Source: Octopus bimaculoides (lineage: Eukaryota). From it: a stretch of 64,000 nucleotides of DNA. The translations under genes and the position numbers were made by a program. The notes beneath the pieces are model-generated. The model was not told where the DNA came from. It saw only the letters and a list, made by a program, of their open reading frames with translations, and did not search any database. Below are positions 12,400 through 24,956 of the stretch, piece by piece (the first letter of the stretch is position 1; the number at the start of each line of letters is the position of its first letter). The DNA is taken from NCBI RefSeq assembly GCF_001194135.2, contig NC_068987.1:72456466-72520465 (forward strand). The letters run 5' to 3'.

Positions 12400-14330
12400 G
12401 AAAGTGTTTATTAAGCTTGTCTTAAATTAAACTTAAGCTTCATCCGACTTATTTTGTTTGTTCTTGTTTAGTACAAGGTGAAATATTAACTAGTCCACAC
12501 CTGGTACTCATAAATGTACAATAAATTAAGAAAATATTGAAGTTCAATAAAAGTACAAAATAAATGAAAAAATATGTAGCGGTTAAAAGAAAGGAAAAAT
12601 AAAGTTGTTTAAGACAAAATGCTTAAAATTTGGTATCCAAAGAAAGCAAAATAAAAAAAATAAACAGACAACTATGTTGGTGACATTTGATGACAAGAAG
12701 TTATAATATTTAGTTTAGGTGATAATCCACAAATTCATTCTGGAGTTTTCAACACGAAAAACAAATGCTTTTAAAAATTCTTAATATTTGATCACGACAT
12801 TTTTTTCGTTTTGTCACAAAAATGAAGCAGGTTTTTTACCTTTGCAGGTTTTAGAGTGTTACTGTTGTGAAACATGGTTAAACGTCACCAGCGTGTGACT
12901 TGTTCTAACATTCACCCTGCCTCTTTCTTTTATGATTCATTTGTCGATTTGGTCTCAGGTGCGCTTTGTTGTTTTAATCTTTCTGTCTTCCTTTCCGTTC
13001 TCTCTTGAGAAATATATATCGTCATAAGGCCAAGTAACTGGACTGAAACAAGTTAGGACGAACTGTGTGGCCGAGGTATCTGTCAAATGACAATAAGAAA
13101 ACGAAGGAAAGCTGTCCTCACATTTATATAAAGTGGAAAGAAAAAATATTTCTAGCAGATTAAAGTTGAGCAGGACACTTGTTGGTGTTGCTTAAACTTG
13201 TTAATGCCAACTGTAAAGAGTTTGTAATGTTATATTAATTATTAGGTGTTTTTTCTTTAAGGGAAAAAATGTATTTGATAAAAAAGATTTGTTCTTTGCT
13301 GTGTGTTTTCTTGGTAAATATTCCAAAACAAGCGAGATATGTAGGAAACATTAAATAATTGCGTTAGTAAACTGTCACTGCCACACACCTGAATAATGAA
13401 ACTTCTACTTCAGGTAGTTGTACTGTAATAATGAGGTGTATACTTCAGGAGGAGGAGAAAAGAAGGAAAAGAAAGCAAACACTGATTTTCTAATCAACAG
13501 TCTCCTTTCCAGACAGTAAAGCAAAATAAAAGACAATAAAATAAAATACAAGGTGACAGAGATTACTTTTTCTTTTAATAAAAAGATTATTTAAGAGGAG
13601 AAACGATACATATACAGAGAAGTACATGTATAATTGTTTCTTTTTCTTTCTTTCTTTTTTTTTTATCCTGTTCATATAGGTATTATATGTCTTGCAAGTT
13701 ATATAAAGGGATTGATCTGTAAATAGGAACCGACGTTTCCTTGAAACTTAAACACAAGTAGCTGGGAGTGCGTTAAAAAACAAAAAGTTGGGTTGCACTT
13801 GTCAGTACGTGTGTACGTTAATTGCTGTGCGTGAAGTGCCTGCTTTGAAATGATAACAATCTCACCTCAGGGTAAGAAAGGCGGGTACGTTGAATATACA
13901 ATCCTGCTTGCTAGAACCTGACAGCTACTTCACACGACAACGTCCACCTATGGATTTACCTGCCACCTGTCCGCAAAAGAATTAATGTGTCACTGTAGAT
14001 CTGAAGTAATGTAGCAACAGGCACGTCTCGGAACCCCTGCATGTAAGCTAGCTCGCCCAACAAACATTATACAGGTTGGACAAGGTCTACCGATAGCTCG
14101 GTCTCTTTCGTTCTTTTTCACTATCATTCACACACAAGCATACACTTCAGCGTGTATCTTCGTGCACGCATTAATGAGATCTTCAAATACAGGGTATAAA
14201 CATGCGTGAATAAGTCGAAGAGGAAAGGAAAATCAGCCCCAGTTTTAAATTTATGATCGAAGACATTACGACTATGATCGTCCTGTCTCCCCCACCAACC
14301 CATCCACCCAGCATAGCGCACTTCGACTAT
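12400..14330 (-). promoter_or_regulatory. repeat-poor, CpG-retaining region upstream of the minus-strand gene (putative 5' UTR / promoter)
   Basis: About 2 kb nearly free of SINEs, with many CpGs and clustered CAGGTN/NACCTG motifs. Confidence 0.4.
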
Positions 14331-15150
14331 ACTAGGAGGATATGGCTTGAAGGAGATTCGGTTGGTTTTTCTAGCCGATCCGGCTGCCATGTAGAAGATC
14401 CCTGATTAAAGAAACATAGGATCAATTGTGTTCCAGCCATGACCATCGCGTCTTTTTATATATCAGGGGCTACATGCATACTTCTTTACTTAAGAGGGTA
14501 GGATGTGATTTAAGAGAATTTAGCTGCTGTTCCTAGCTGTTTAACATGTAAAAAAGAGGCGGTGACAGAACTGAGTGAATGATTCAAATATATTAATGAT
14601 TGAAAGTATTATTTAGCAACACACGTAGTGACAACGAGAGTTTTTGACTACCCACCCCAACTTTTATATATTTGTATTTTGTCCAAATGATTTTCTTTTC
14701 ATTCAGCTATGTTATTGCCGTTAAGTAGATGTGTACTCTTGGTAGTCCAATCTATTACATTGCGTAACACATCACTGAACTGCAGAATTAGAGATATTTG
14801 CCAATGAAAATATAATGTTCCAATGAAACAAGCCTATTAGGTCTTGTCATATCCTGCTGTTAGATAACAATTTATATCTCTCTCTTTCTCTCTCCCCTCG
14901 CTCTCTCTTTTTTTTCTCTCACACACACACAATACACACATAGATATTGCTTTCAAATTTTCGCTCAGGGCCAGCAGCTTTGGGAGAGGGGACAAGTCAA
15001 TTACATCAACACCAGGATTTGACAGATACTTATTTTATTGATGCCAAAAGGATGAAAGGCAAAGTTGACCATGGCAGCACTTGAACTCAGAATGTAAAGT
15101 TGGAAGAAAGGCTACTAAGCTTTTTCCCAGCATGGTAACGATTCTGCCAG

Positions 15151-16180
15151 GAATAGAGGCATTTCAATTCTGGCTAGAGAATTATGCCAACGAACTCCCA
15201 CATCGCACCAAAAAAGAATTCTTGACAGAAGGGCTAAAATTTATCTTGGAGAATAGCTACTTCGTCATCAAAGACAACTTCTATCAACAAAATTTGCGGA
15301 CTGCGATGGGTACGAGAATGGCCCCCTCATTTGCTAACCTAGTCATGGGATATCTAGAAATTAGTCTTTATCGTAAAGTACTAGAAAAATATGGCAACCC
15401 AGTCTCTCTCTACATAGAAAATAATTGGAAGAGATACCTGGATGACTGTTTCATTCTTTGGCATGAAAGTATAGAGAATTTCAAGCACTTATAAATGAAC
15501 TTGATGTAAACATTCAATTCCCGATGGAATATAGACATCAAGAACTTCCCTTCCTTAACATCCTCATGAAGAAATCTAACAACGTAATAGAAACAGATAT
15601 ATACTTTAAACCCACAGACTCCAAGCAATATCTACTGTTCAACTCATGCCACCCCAGACACACCAGAACAAATATCCCCTTCAACCTAGCAAAAAGAATC
15701 TGTACTATAGTTTCTAATGCAAGCACCAGGAACACACGACTACATGAACTAAAGAATACACTCATCACCAGGAACTACCCACCTTCACTAATTGACATAT
15801 GCTTTCAATGTGCCCTGCAACTCAACATCCACGAACTCGGACATCCCAAATTAAAGAAGGATTTACAACCAAAAGCCCTACTATACAACCCACACATAAC
15901 CCTCTTAACAATGAAGCCTTTGACACCATCCTTCAAAACATTCCCCTGCTAAAAAAGGACCACAGAATGAATTTATTCCTCCAAACGCACACCATCATAA
16001 AAAGCAAGAGATAGCCCAAATCTATGAAAAGTCTCCTAACATAAGCCCGAATATGCTCAACAACAACACTGAAATCATCAGTAAAAAAATGTGGAACACC
16101 CAACTGTAGGATATGCGTCAATTTAATTGAGGGATCAGAGTTCTCCTTCAAACAGGGACAACATTTCACAGTGAAAAGCA
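15151..16180 (+). mobile_element. Penelope-like retroelement fragment (RT core, thumb, Cys linker), degenerate
   Basis: GTRMAPSFANLVMGYLE, WKRYLDDCF, LPFLNIL, TDIYFKPTDSKQYLLFNSCHPRH, KKCGTPNCRICVNL; two frameshifts plus stops; bounded by SINEs. Confidence 0.92.
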
Positions 16181-17932
16181 GTCAAATTCCTTTATGAGTC
16201 TTTGGTCAACCTGATGCAAAAGTAGGAGACACTTGCTCACAGTACCCTGCAGTGGGACTGAAATTGAAACCACATAGTTGCAAAGTGATCTTAACCACAC
16301 AGCCATGCTTGCTCTTACATAGATTTGAGACTTTTATTGTAAATTTGTAAATCACTTGTAGATATCTAAATCCATGTCTTTTTTATATATCTTCATATAT
16401 TCTTAGAATTAACAGTTTCTCTTTTGACGCATTCAATATGTACTGTCTTTTTTACCCAAAATTTCAATCAACTGGTCTTTTTGAAGTTATCTCCCTTATT
16501 TATAGTTTTTTTTGCGGGGTTTTTGTTCATATTTATTTTACCAATCCCAGAAGAATGAAAGACTAAGTTGATCTTGGTGAGATTTTAACTAGAACATAAA
16601 GGGACATAACCAAATACCACAGACGTACTTATAAAATCGCCAACTTTTTTTGAAAAATTTATTTGATATATTTACATAAGTTAAGTAGCAGCTTTTTCAA
16701 AACAGCTCAAATATACCTCCTGAAACATAAAATATTATGATTAGTCATAATTTATTCACTAACAACCAATTCAACATCATTTACAGGCTTTATCTCTTGC
16801 TTTTATTTTTCTTTATTTCATTTTTTTTCCAACTTCAAAAGTCGACATTTTCCTCTTTTTTTAACTTTAGTCTAACAAAAGGGGAAGTGCTTTAGTGCTC
16901 ATAGCTTTTATAGACCCTTTAAGACCAGTCTTACCCTCTCACACTGATCTCAGAAGGTCTATGAAGAGCATGAGTACTACCATTCTGCTAGACTCAGCAA
17001 AAGAGAAAAGAAATACTGTTTGAGTTGAAGGCAAGCAAGTCAAAACTTTGAAGTTGCTGTTAAACTTTTCCTTGTAAAAGTTAATAAATATGTACTGAAT
17101 TAAAAATTATTGAGTAATCTTTCAGTTTAATGTGAAATTGCTTTATATATAACTTGACATGAAAAAAATATAAATACATACATACATACATACATATATC
17201 ATCATTTAGCATTTGCTTTCCATGCTGGCATGTGTTAGATGGTTTGACTGAAACTGGGAAGCTGGAAAGTTGCAACAAGTTCCAATCTGATTTGGCATGG
17301 TTTCTATGGCTGGATGCCCTTCCTAACACCAACCTCTCCAAGAGTGTAGTGGGTGCTTTTTACATGCCACCAGCACAGGTGCCAGTTACATGACACTGGC
17401 ATTGACCAAAACTATGATTTCACTTGGCTTGATGAATCTTCCTCAAGCATGGCATATTGCCAATGGTCTTAGTCACTTGTCATCACTTCCGTGAGGATCA
17501 GCGTTTGAAGGGTACTTTTTATATGCCACAGCTATGCTCTCAGAACATCTACCTCTGCTACTGACTTAGTCACCAAGATAACAAGCCATCAACTACTTCT
17601 AGTTTTATGTATACACATTTATACATGTGCTTATATATATATGTATATTTATAAATATAGATTCTTACATATGTGCACATGCACATCATACAAAATATGT
17701 GTGCTCACACACATACACAGGTACACACACACACACACCTATATGTATAGCGTTAAACTAATACATCTGTTTATTTTTGTTTGTTTTTTTGTAAATTCTC
17801 ACTATATATATGGTATATATATATATCATCATCGTTTAACGTCCGCTTTCCATGCTAGCATGGGTTGGACGATTTGACTGAGGACTGGTGAAACCGGATG
17901 GCAACACCAGGCTCCAGTCTGANNNNNNNNNN

Positions 17933-18082
17933 GTGTTTTTCTCCTTGTCTCCGTATTCTTTCTGTTGAAGAGCGTAGCTCGAAACGTCAAAGACTTTCCG
18001 TATTCCTGAGCGTCATACTAATATATACTTTTGTTATTTACACCACCTGCCCTCGTCTGTTGTTATTATTTGTATATTCTCC
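17933..18082 (+). mobile_element. short dispersed repeat, probable Penelope pseudo-LTR remnant (copy 1)
   Basis: Nearly identical to 58725-58915 (ttgaagagcgtagctcgaaa...aattctccc) and ends in (AT)n. The PLE assignment is inference. Confidence 0.5.
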
Positions 18083-18083
18083 C

Positions 18084-18116
<33 letters not shown>

Positions 18117-18149
18117 CCATATATACTTGGCTCTAAGTCGCACTTTTTA

Positions 18150-18720
18150 CTTGAATGAATTTCTATTGAAGATCTTGTGGTATTTAGGTGAGTGAGGAAA
18201 GTGGTTATCTATGAGTTTCAGGAATTTTCTTGCTATATTCATGGCTGCATTCATACTATATGGGGGACTGTACCATAAAATTTTCCTCTTTCTCTGTCCT
18301 CTTGTGCTATTTACATTTGGTTCAATATAAGTTGGATTTTTCAGTTGTGGTGTTTTCGAATGGATAGCCTTTTTGGAAGTAGCTTTATTAGGGGATAGGT
18401 TGGAAACATGCCTACTAATGCTATTAACTAATTGTTTGATATTCGACAGTGAGTGGTTAAAGCCTATGTCAATATAGGAAATATCCTCATTTGGCTTATG
18501 GTAGGGTTTAAATTTGTCTGCTAAAATTCATATTAATGTCTAGCAAATTAACTTCTTTAAGGTTAGTGCTAATTGTAGTTCTTAGGTTCGGCTGGCTAAA
18601 TGTTTTGCATTTTTTCTTTATCTTATCCATGTCATATCCATTTTTCTTATATATCTCTCCAAGACCATTATCCTTACTTAGCCCTGTGTCAGCTTCTTTC
18701 ATCATTTTTTTGAGGACATA
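18150..18720 (-). mobile_element. Penelope-like RT/thumb fragment of a different subfamily, degenerate
   Basis: Minus-strand SKDNGL (decayed YRDDGL), EVNLLDINMN, KFKPYHKPNEDISYIDIGFNHSLSNIKQLVNSISRHVSNLS. Confidence 0.75.
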
Positions 18721-18994
18721 TGTTTAAATTACGTGTTTTCAATCATTGGACTGCAGCCATACTGGAGCACCATCTTTAGAGGTTTAGTTAAACAAATTGC
18801 TCTAAATACTTATTTTTATGCCTGGTACTTGTTCTGTCACTTTTGTTGAACTGCTAAGTTATAAGGACATAAACAAATCAACACCAGTTGTCAAGTGAGG
18901 TTGAAGGACTAACACAAAAACACACACGCATATTCATACATATACACACACATATAAAAGTGTGTGCATATATATATATATACATATTTGTATG

Positions 18995-19035
<41 letters not shown>

Positions 19036-19467
19036 TTGTATATATGTGTATATNNNNNNNNNNNNNNNNNNNNNNNNNNNNNNNNNNNNNNNNNNNNNNN
19101 NNNNNNNNNNNNNNNNNNNNNNNNNNNNNNNNNNNNNNNNNNNNNNNNNNNNNNNNNNNNNNNNNNNNNNNNNNNNNNNNNNNNNNNNNNNNNNNNNNNN
19201 NNNNNNNNNNNNNNNNNNNNNNNNNNNNNNNNNNNNNNNNNNNNNNNNNNNNNNNNNNNNNNNNNNNNNNNNNNNNNNNNNNNNNNNNNNNNNNNNNNNN
19301 NNNNNNNNNNNNNNNNNNNNNNNNNNNNNNNNNNNNNNNNNNNNNNNNNNNNNNNNNNNNNNNNNNNNNNNNNNNNNNNNNNNNNNNNNNNNNNNNNNNN
19401 NNNNNNNNNNNNNNNNNNNNNNNNNNNNNNNNNNNNNNNNNNNNNNNNNNNNNNNATATATATATAT

Positions 19468-19620
19468 ACGACGGGCTTCTTTCAGTTTCCGTCTACCAAA
19501 TCCACTCACAAGGCTTTGGTCGGCCCTAGGCTATAGTAGAAGACACTTGCCCAAGATGCCACGCAGTGGGACTGAACCCAGAACCATGTGGTTGGTAAGC
19601 AAGCTACTTACCACACAGAT
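19468..19620 (-). mobile_element. tRNA-derived SINE family B, representative copy (others near 3150, 5285, 6110, 7780, 16190, 21452, 31695, 33300, 34985, 42680, 55420, 58455, 59155, 60680, 61650)
   Basis: Sense sequence gctgtgtggtaag...ggttcagtcccactgcgtggcatcttgggcaagtgtcttctactatagcc...gaaactgaaagaagcccgtcg followed by (TA)n/(CA)n. Confidence 0.85.
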
Positions 19621-20771
19621 ATATATAATACTAACAAATGCACCAATCCTTTGGATGGTTAAAGTTGCTTTGGTGGTATTTTTCACCAAATAATTGAACT
19701 ACTGAGAAGGTTTAGGAGTAGCATGGCAATCTGTTTCTGATTAACCTTGGGAACAGAAAATCAAATTGAAGGCTTGTTATTGTGGAGGTCATTGTACTTC
19801 AATGATCATAGAACATATAAATTTGCAAGTGATGCAAAGTAGAGCTACTGAAGTGTTTTGGAAGTAGATTAGGGATAATGACTACAAAATATAATTGTTT
19901 TACATGAAAGTGAAATTTCCTGTCAGAAACAGCCACATACATGGTATAATGAAATTGAAGGAAGATGTTGAAACTTCCCCTCTGTGAGTTTATTTTATTC
20001 AACAGCAAAGGGAGCTATTTTTTCAGAGAGATAAGCTTACAAAAGCCCCTTTATTCTGTCTTTCCACATAGCCTGTGCATAAACTAACAGGTGAATGCTG
20101 CATAAAGTTAAATTGGTATGGAGCTTTCTGAAAGATACATATAGCTTTCACTAGTGGAAGCAAAACTCTTATTTAAAGGTTGATTGTTTGGGACAAAGCA
20201 TATGAGATTGTTTAAAAAAGGCTAGAATGACAATGCTAAAATGTATTTGAAACAATGGACAACAGTTGAAATATCATAATGGATGGGTAAAGTGAAACAA
20301 CGCATTGGTAGGTAAACAAAGGAATCAACTAATAGAAGAGAGGGAAGGGAACATCACCTTTCAAGTAACTCAGAATAGGTAAAGGTAAGCTTGCCAAAGT
20401 TTAATGCAGTTTAAATATGGGGATTAAGATTGTTTAATATTTGATATTCAATGCGTACAGTGTTCCTAGTCAATTTAATCCCCACGACAGGTGGACAGTC
20501 GAAATAAATGGACAAAATCCTTTCACTTTTATAACAAGATTAAAAAAGTATGGAAGACCCTACATACAAAACAACTATGTCCATTTAGGTCCATTTACTC
20601 GGGAGCTCTGGGTAAAATGTTTAGCGCATGACCATTCTTGGGACATAAATAATGTGTGTGTAAAGTTTGGTGAAAATCAGTTGAGAATTGTGGAAAAATA
20701 TGCGTTAGTCATTATACACACACCTACTGTGATTTGTACATACTAGATCAATAGTGATAAGAAGAACAGAG

Positions 20772-20870
20772 ATTTTTCACATCCATAATTTTATTTAACA
20801 GTTATTTACAGCATAGGTCCCGTAAAGATGTTATAAATAGCTGTTAAATAAAATCATAAATGTGAAAAAT
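20772..20870. repeat. AT-rich imperfect palindrome
   Basis: atttttcacatccataattttatttaacagttatttacagcat [13-nt loop] atgttataaatagctgttaaataaaatcataaatgtgaaaaat. Confidence 0.8.
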
Positions 20871-21284
20871 TTCCGTTCTCTTTATCATTGTTAATACTAT
20901 TACTTACTCTATGAAAAATATGCAGTCCTGAGCAGGATACTTTGATTTACCCAGTGAGAAAAGTTACCAGAGCTTAGCAATTTATTGTTAGCTAGGGTAC
21001 CACATAAGGACTGTTGTGGTTAGCCCATATCTGAAACTGACTTGAATGGTACTTTTAATGTTCCACTGGCACGGGTGCCAATCAGGTACTGTCATCGGCC
21101 AAGACAGCGATTTCACATGCCTCAACAGGTCTTTGCAAGCATAGTTTATTGTCCAATGATTGAAGGGTACTCTTAAATGAGCTGGTTATACAGCACTGGT
21201 ATAGGCCATGGTTATGGTCTCACTTGGCTTGGCAGGTCTTCTCAAGCACAACATATTTGCAAAGGTCTTGGTCACTTGTCATTG

Positions 21285-21319
<35 letters not shown>

Positions 21320-22099
21320 TCAATAGTTATATATATATATATAATTATTGATTTAATATATAAATTGTTATAAATTGCTTTTTTCTATGCTGGTTGCCTG
21401 ATAATTATCATTAACGTGATTTTTATCCTTATTTTATGAACACACACACCCAACATGGGCTTCCACACAGCTTTCATGTACCAAATTCACTTGCGAGGCA
21501 CTGGTCAGTCCAAGGCCATAACAGAAGACACTTGCTCAAAGCATTGCCCAGTGAGACTGAACCCAAACCAACATGGTGACAAAGTGATCTTCTTAACTGC
21601 ACATATAAAGAAAAGATTTTTAGATATTAAAAATATTTTTAAATAGTAAAAAAGTAAATAAATAATGAAAACATAATTATGAAAATGGGAAGGAAACTTG
21701 TTTGAAACTTAAAATGGCATCTATACAAATCAGTTGATAAAACGGAAACTGTAACACTGTTATTCATGATTGTCTTATGCTGTTACAGATTTATTCACTA
21801 GGATTGACCTATGCCCATCAGCTGTCATAAAGAATATTGGTTTAATCAATAAAGTTTATTATTCCATTTGATTTCATCCCCAGTCAATTTGTTTGTGACA
21901 AAATGATGATTATGAGTTAGGTTGTAATCATCATCATCATCTAACGTCTGTTTTCCATACTGGCATGGGTTAGGTGGTTAGACCAGTGTTGGTAAACAGA
22001 AGAGCTGCACCAGGCTCCAGTCATCCTAACACCACCCACTTTACAGAGTGTACTGGGTGTCTTTTGCATGTCACTGGCATGGGTGGCCTTTACATGTCA

Positions 22100-22512
22100 C
22101 CAGCATGAATACCTTTAGCTTGTCACTGGTATAGATGTCTTCTGCATGTCACTGGCACACGTACCTTTAATGCATCACTGGCATGATGTCTTCTCAAGCA
22201 CAGCAAATTGCCTGAAGTCTCATCATTGCCAGTGCCCCTGGACTGGCTCTTGTACAGGTGGCACGTAAAATACACCATTTTGAGAGTGGCTGTTGCCAGT
22301 ACCGCCTGACTGGCCTTCATGCCGGTGGCATGTAAAAGCACCCATTACACTCTCGGAGTGGTTGGCGTTAGGAAGGGCATCCACCTTAGAAACTCTGCCA
22401 AATCAGATTGGAGCCTGGTGTAGCCATCTGGTTCACCAGTCTTCAGTCAAATCGTCCAACCCATGCTAGCATGGAAAGCGGACGTTAAACGATGATGATG
22501 ATGATGATGATG
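22100..22512 (+). mobile_element. SINE-like family C with (GAT)n tail, representative copy (others near 2880, 3355, 7505, 17195, 17825, 35420, 39750, 40195, 44605, 46000, 46735, 50515, 52680, 57195, 59750, 62035, 63570)
   Basis: gttggcgttaggaagggcatcca...tcagtcaaatcgtccaacccatgctagcatggaaagcggacgttaaacgatgatgatg; many copies in both orientations. Confidence 0.85.
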
Positions 22513-22988
22513 TTGTATATCTTCCATGTTAAGTTTGAAACAAATTGTGTGTGTGTGTGTGTGTGCATTTTAATATTCATTTGTATTATACATGCACCAT
22601 TCTATTATTGGTGCCCTAGTGATAGATTAAAATTCCATATGATGAGATCATATTTTACAGGAGAGCAGTGATAAAGGTGTTTGGTTTCACCCAGATTAAC
22701 GTTCCCACTTGACCTATGTTTTATTTTTTTTTTTTAATAACTTGCTGAATCTGGAGAAAGGGTCAATATCCATGACCTTTGTAGGCCCTTCCAAGACTGG
22801 TAACCTTGATGCCATTGATGTTTTGCTATAACTATTGCAGGTCAACATCTGCAGGAAAGCCATGAACAGAGAGAAGATTCCAGGAGACCAAAGCTTAGGG
22901 AGAAAGGACTGGCTATTGTGGTTAGTGCAGGGCTGAAGAGGTTTGATACAACAAAGGTGATGAGATGTGGAGAGATGAGTGAGTCAGA

Positions 22989-24334
22989 CAAAGGTGGGCA
23001 CTGTTAACTGAAAAGTTAACTTTGTTAACTGTTAATCCATTAACCAAAAGTTAATTTCAATAATCAGTTAATTCTTTAAAAATGTAACAGAAGTTATTGA
23101 TAAACCATGAACATTAATTTCTGTTATACAAACAAAAACAAAAAAATCAGTTTTTGCTCTAAAACTACCTAAAAACACATTTAAAAAATGTCAAAAGTAT
23201 AAAATCAGCCTATTTTGGCCTTTTTAAGGGCCTTAGAACCCCAAAACTAGTTTTTGTTTTTTGCTTTAGAGTTTAAGAATGCTGATTTTATAGTTTTAAC
23301 TTAAAAGACCTAAAAAAAGGCTGATTTTAAAGCTTTTCCCCAATTTTTTTAGGTTTATAAAGTCTTTTAGAGCCAGAAAAGGGTAAAATAAAACACAATA
23401 TAAGCATTAAACTAAAAAAGTTTATTGATAAAATTGCTATAAAAAAAATAAAAAGAAAAAAATGAAAAACAAGATATATACATAATTTAATTTTTCCTCA
23501 TTTTTTCGTTCTCCATTTTGTTCATGAGATGCATGCTGCCCTTCATGAAAATTAGCATGTCAAAGTTTTCATCAGACAGGGATTATCTCTTGGCCCTCAA
23601 GATGTCCTTGCCCATAGAGAACAAACATCCCACTGCATCACTGGAGGGGATGGCTGTGTGGAACTTGATGAACAAGTCCACCAACACTTGCTCACCCAAG
23701 AAGGCAGCATCTGTCAGCAAGTCCTTGGAGATGGTCTCCAGCCAGGTCTTGACCAAATTCTGGGCCTTGTCCTTGAGTGACTTGTGGCTCCTGCTGCTCT
23801 GTTTTGGCTGGGTGACACCACTAAAGAATTCCTCCTCCTCTTCATTGTTGCTGCCTCCACTGTTGTTGCTCCACTGTTACTGCCTCAACTGCTGCTGCCT
23901 CATGGCCTCCTTGGCCTTACCCTCCATGTTTTTCTTCACCTTGGCAACCTTGGTGTTGTCATATTTATCCAACCAGATGAGGCGAAACCTGGGGTGGAAG
24001 GCAGCAGCCAGATGGCATTCTTCATCCTCCAGGAGGGTCCTAAACCTTTTGTCAATGCCTGGCAAAAGTGCGTTGACCAAGGAGCTGCAGTAGACGAGGC
24101 CCTTGGACTTGATGTCTTTGAGCCTAAAGATTGTTGTGGTAACTTGAGTTAATGGAAGTTAAATGTAATGGAAGTTAAATGTAACGGAAGTTAAATGTAA
24201 CGGAAGTTAAATGTAACAGAAGTTAATTAGTCTGATAATGATTTCCAAAATCAACTTAAAAGTTAAATTGTTGACGAAAATGTTAACTCTGTTAATTAAC
24301 AATTAACAGAGGAACAGTTTGGTGCCTAAGTTTG
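22989..24334 (-). mobile_element. internally deleted hAT DNA transposon with a transposase C-terminal remnant
   Basis: 8-bp TSD GAGTCAGA (22981-22988 and 24335-24342), imperfect TIRs caaaggtgggcac / gtgcctaagtttg, and gttaac-rich subterminal regions. The minus frame reads LVNALLPGIDKRF...AAAFHPRF...LFIKFHTAIPSSDAVGCLFSMGKDILRAKR*SLSDENFDMLIFMK (hAT dimerisation domain) with 2 in-frame stops. Confidence 0.92.
24154..24227. repeat. 16-bp tandem repeat (ggaagttaaatgtaac) x~4.5 in the hAT subterminal region
   Basis: Directly visible units start at 24154, 24170, 24186, 24202, with a partial unit at 24218. Confidence 0.9.
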
Positions 24335-24956
24335 GAGTCAGAGTACAAGATGTGCCAGTTTAAAGAAACAGAAGCCATTATAGTAGTGAGGTGGTGAGCT
24401 GGCAGATTTGTTAGCACACTGGTTAAAATGGTTAGCAGCATTTCATTGTCTTAACATTCTGAGTTCAAATTCCACCAAAGTCGACTTTGCTTTTAATCCT
24501 TTCAGAGTCAACAAAATAAAGTACCAGTTGAATACTGGGGTTGATGTAATTAACTTACTCCTCTCCTGAAATTGCTGGCCTTGTGCAAAAAAATTGAAAC
24601 TATTATAGTAGTAAGGAGTTATGAGACTAGCCAGCTCTGAGAAACAGATGTCACTATATAGTGAAAAGATTCAAGACAAGCCAATTCTGTGAAACAGAGG
24701 CCATTATAGGTACCTTTAGTGAAGACCACACTGTTGCAAGCATTTAGGCCAAGTTTCCTGTCTGAAGCTAAGTTCTCCCTTCTTCCATCAGTCTTGGATA
24801 TTTTGAAAAGGTCATAGCGCTACCCTCCTTCTTCTCACAAAGCCAATGATGCCAAAATTGGCTTCTGAATTTTAATTTCTTTAGCAAATCTGTTATTGGA
24901 TTGTCACATTTATTTTTGTTTTAGGTAAACACTTATAGATATGCCTTTTATAACAT

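Noticed and set aside
14124-14390. 88-aa minus ORF (MAAGSARK...) as an upstream exon of the minus-strand gene
   Set aside because: Its start overlaps a dispersed repeat (ggagattcggttggtttttctagc...ccagccatgaccatc, with relatives near 14510, 30530 and 41100), and there is no convincing in-frame donor.
20441-20746. 101-aa plus ORF as a small gene
   Set aside because: TTG start, no splice signals or motifs, and the 3' half (gtgtgtgtaaagtttggtgaaaatc) looks like a common dispersed-repeat terminus.
21296-21362. Perfect AT-rich palindrome around (AT)n
   Set aside because: Mostly microsatellite-derived self-complementarity with low information content.
23518-24152. Plus-strand 191-aa and 122-aa ORFs
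   Set aside because: They are antisense shadows of the GC-rich hAT transposase remnant on the minus strand.
24154-24227. Regular short repeats as a CRISPR-like array
   Set aside because: Contiguous 16-bp tandem units without spacers, inside a eukaryotic hAT element.
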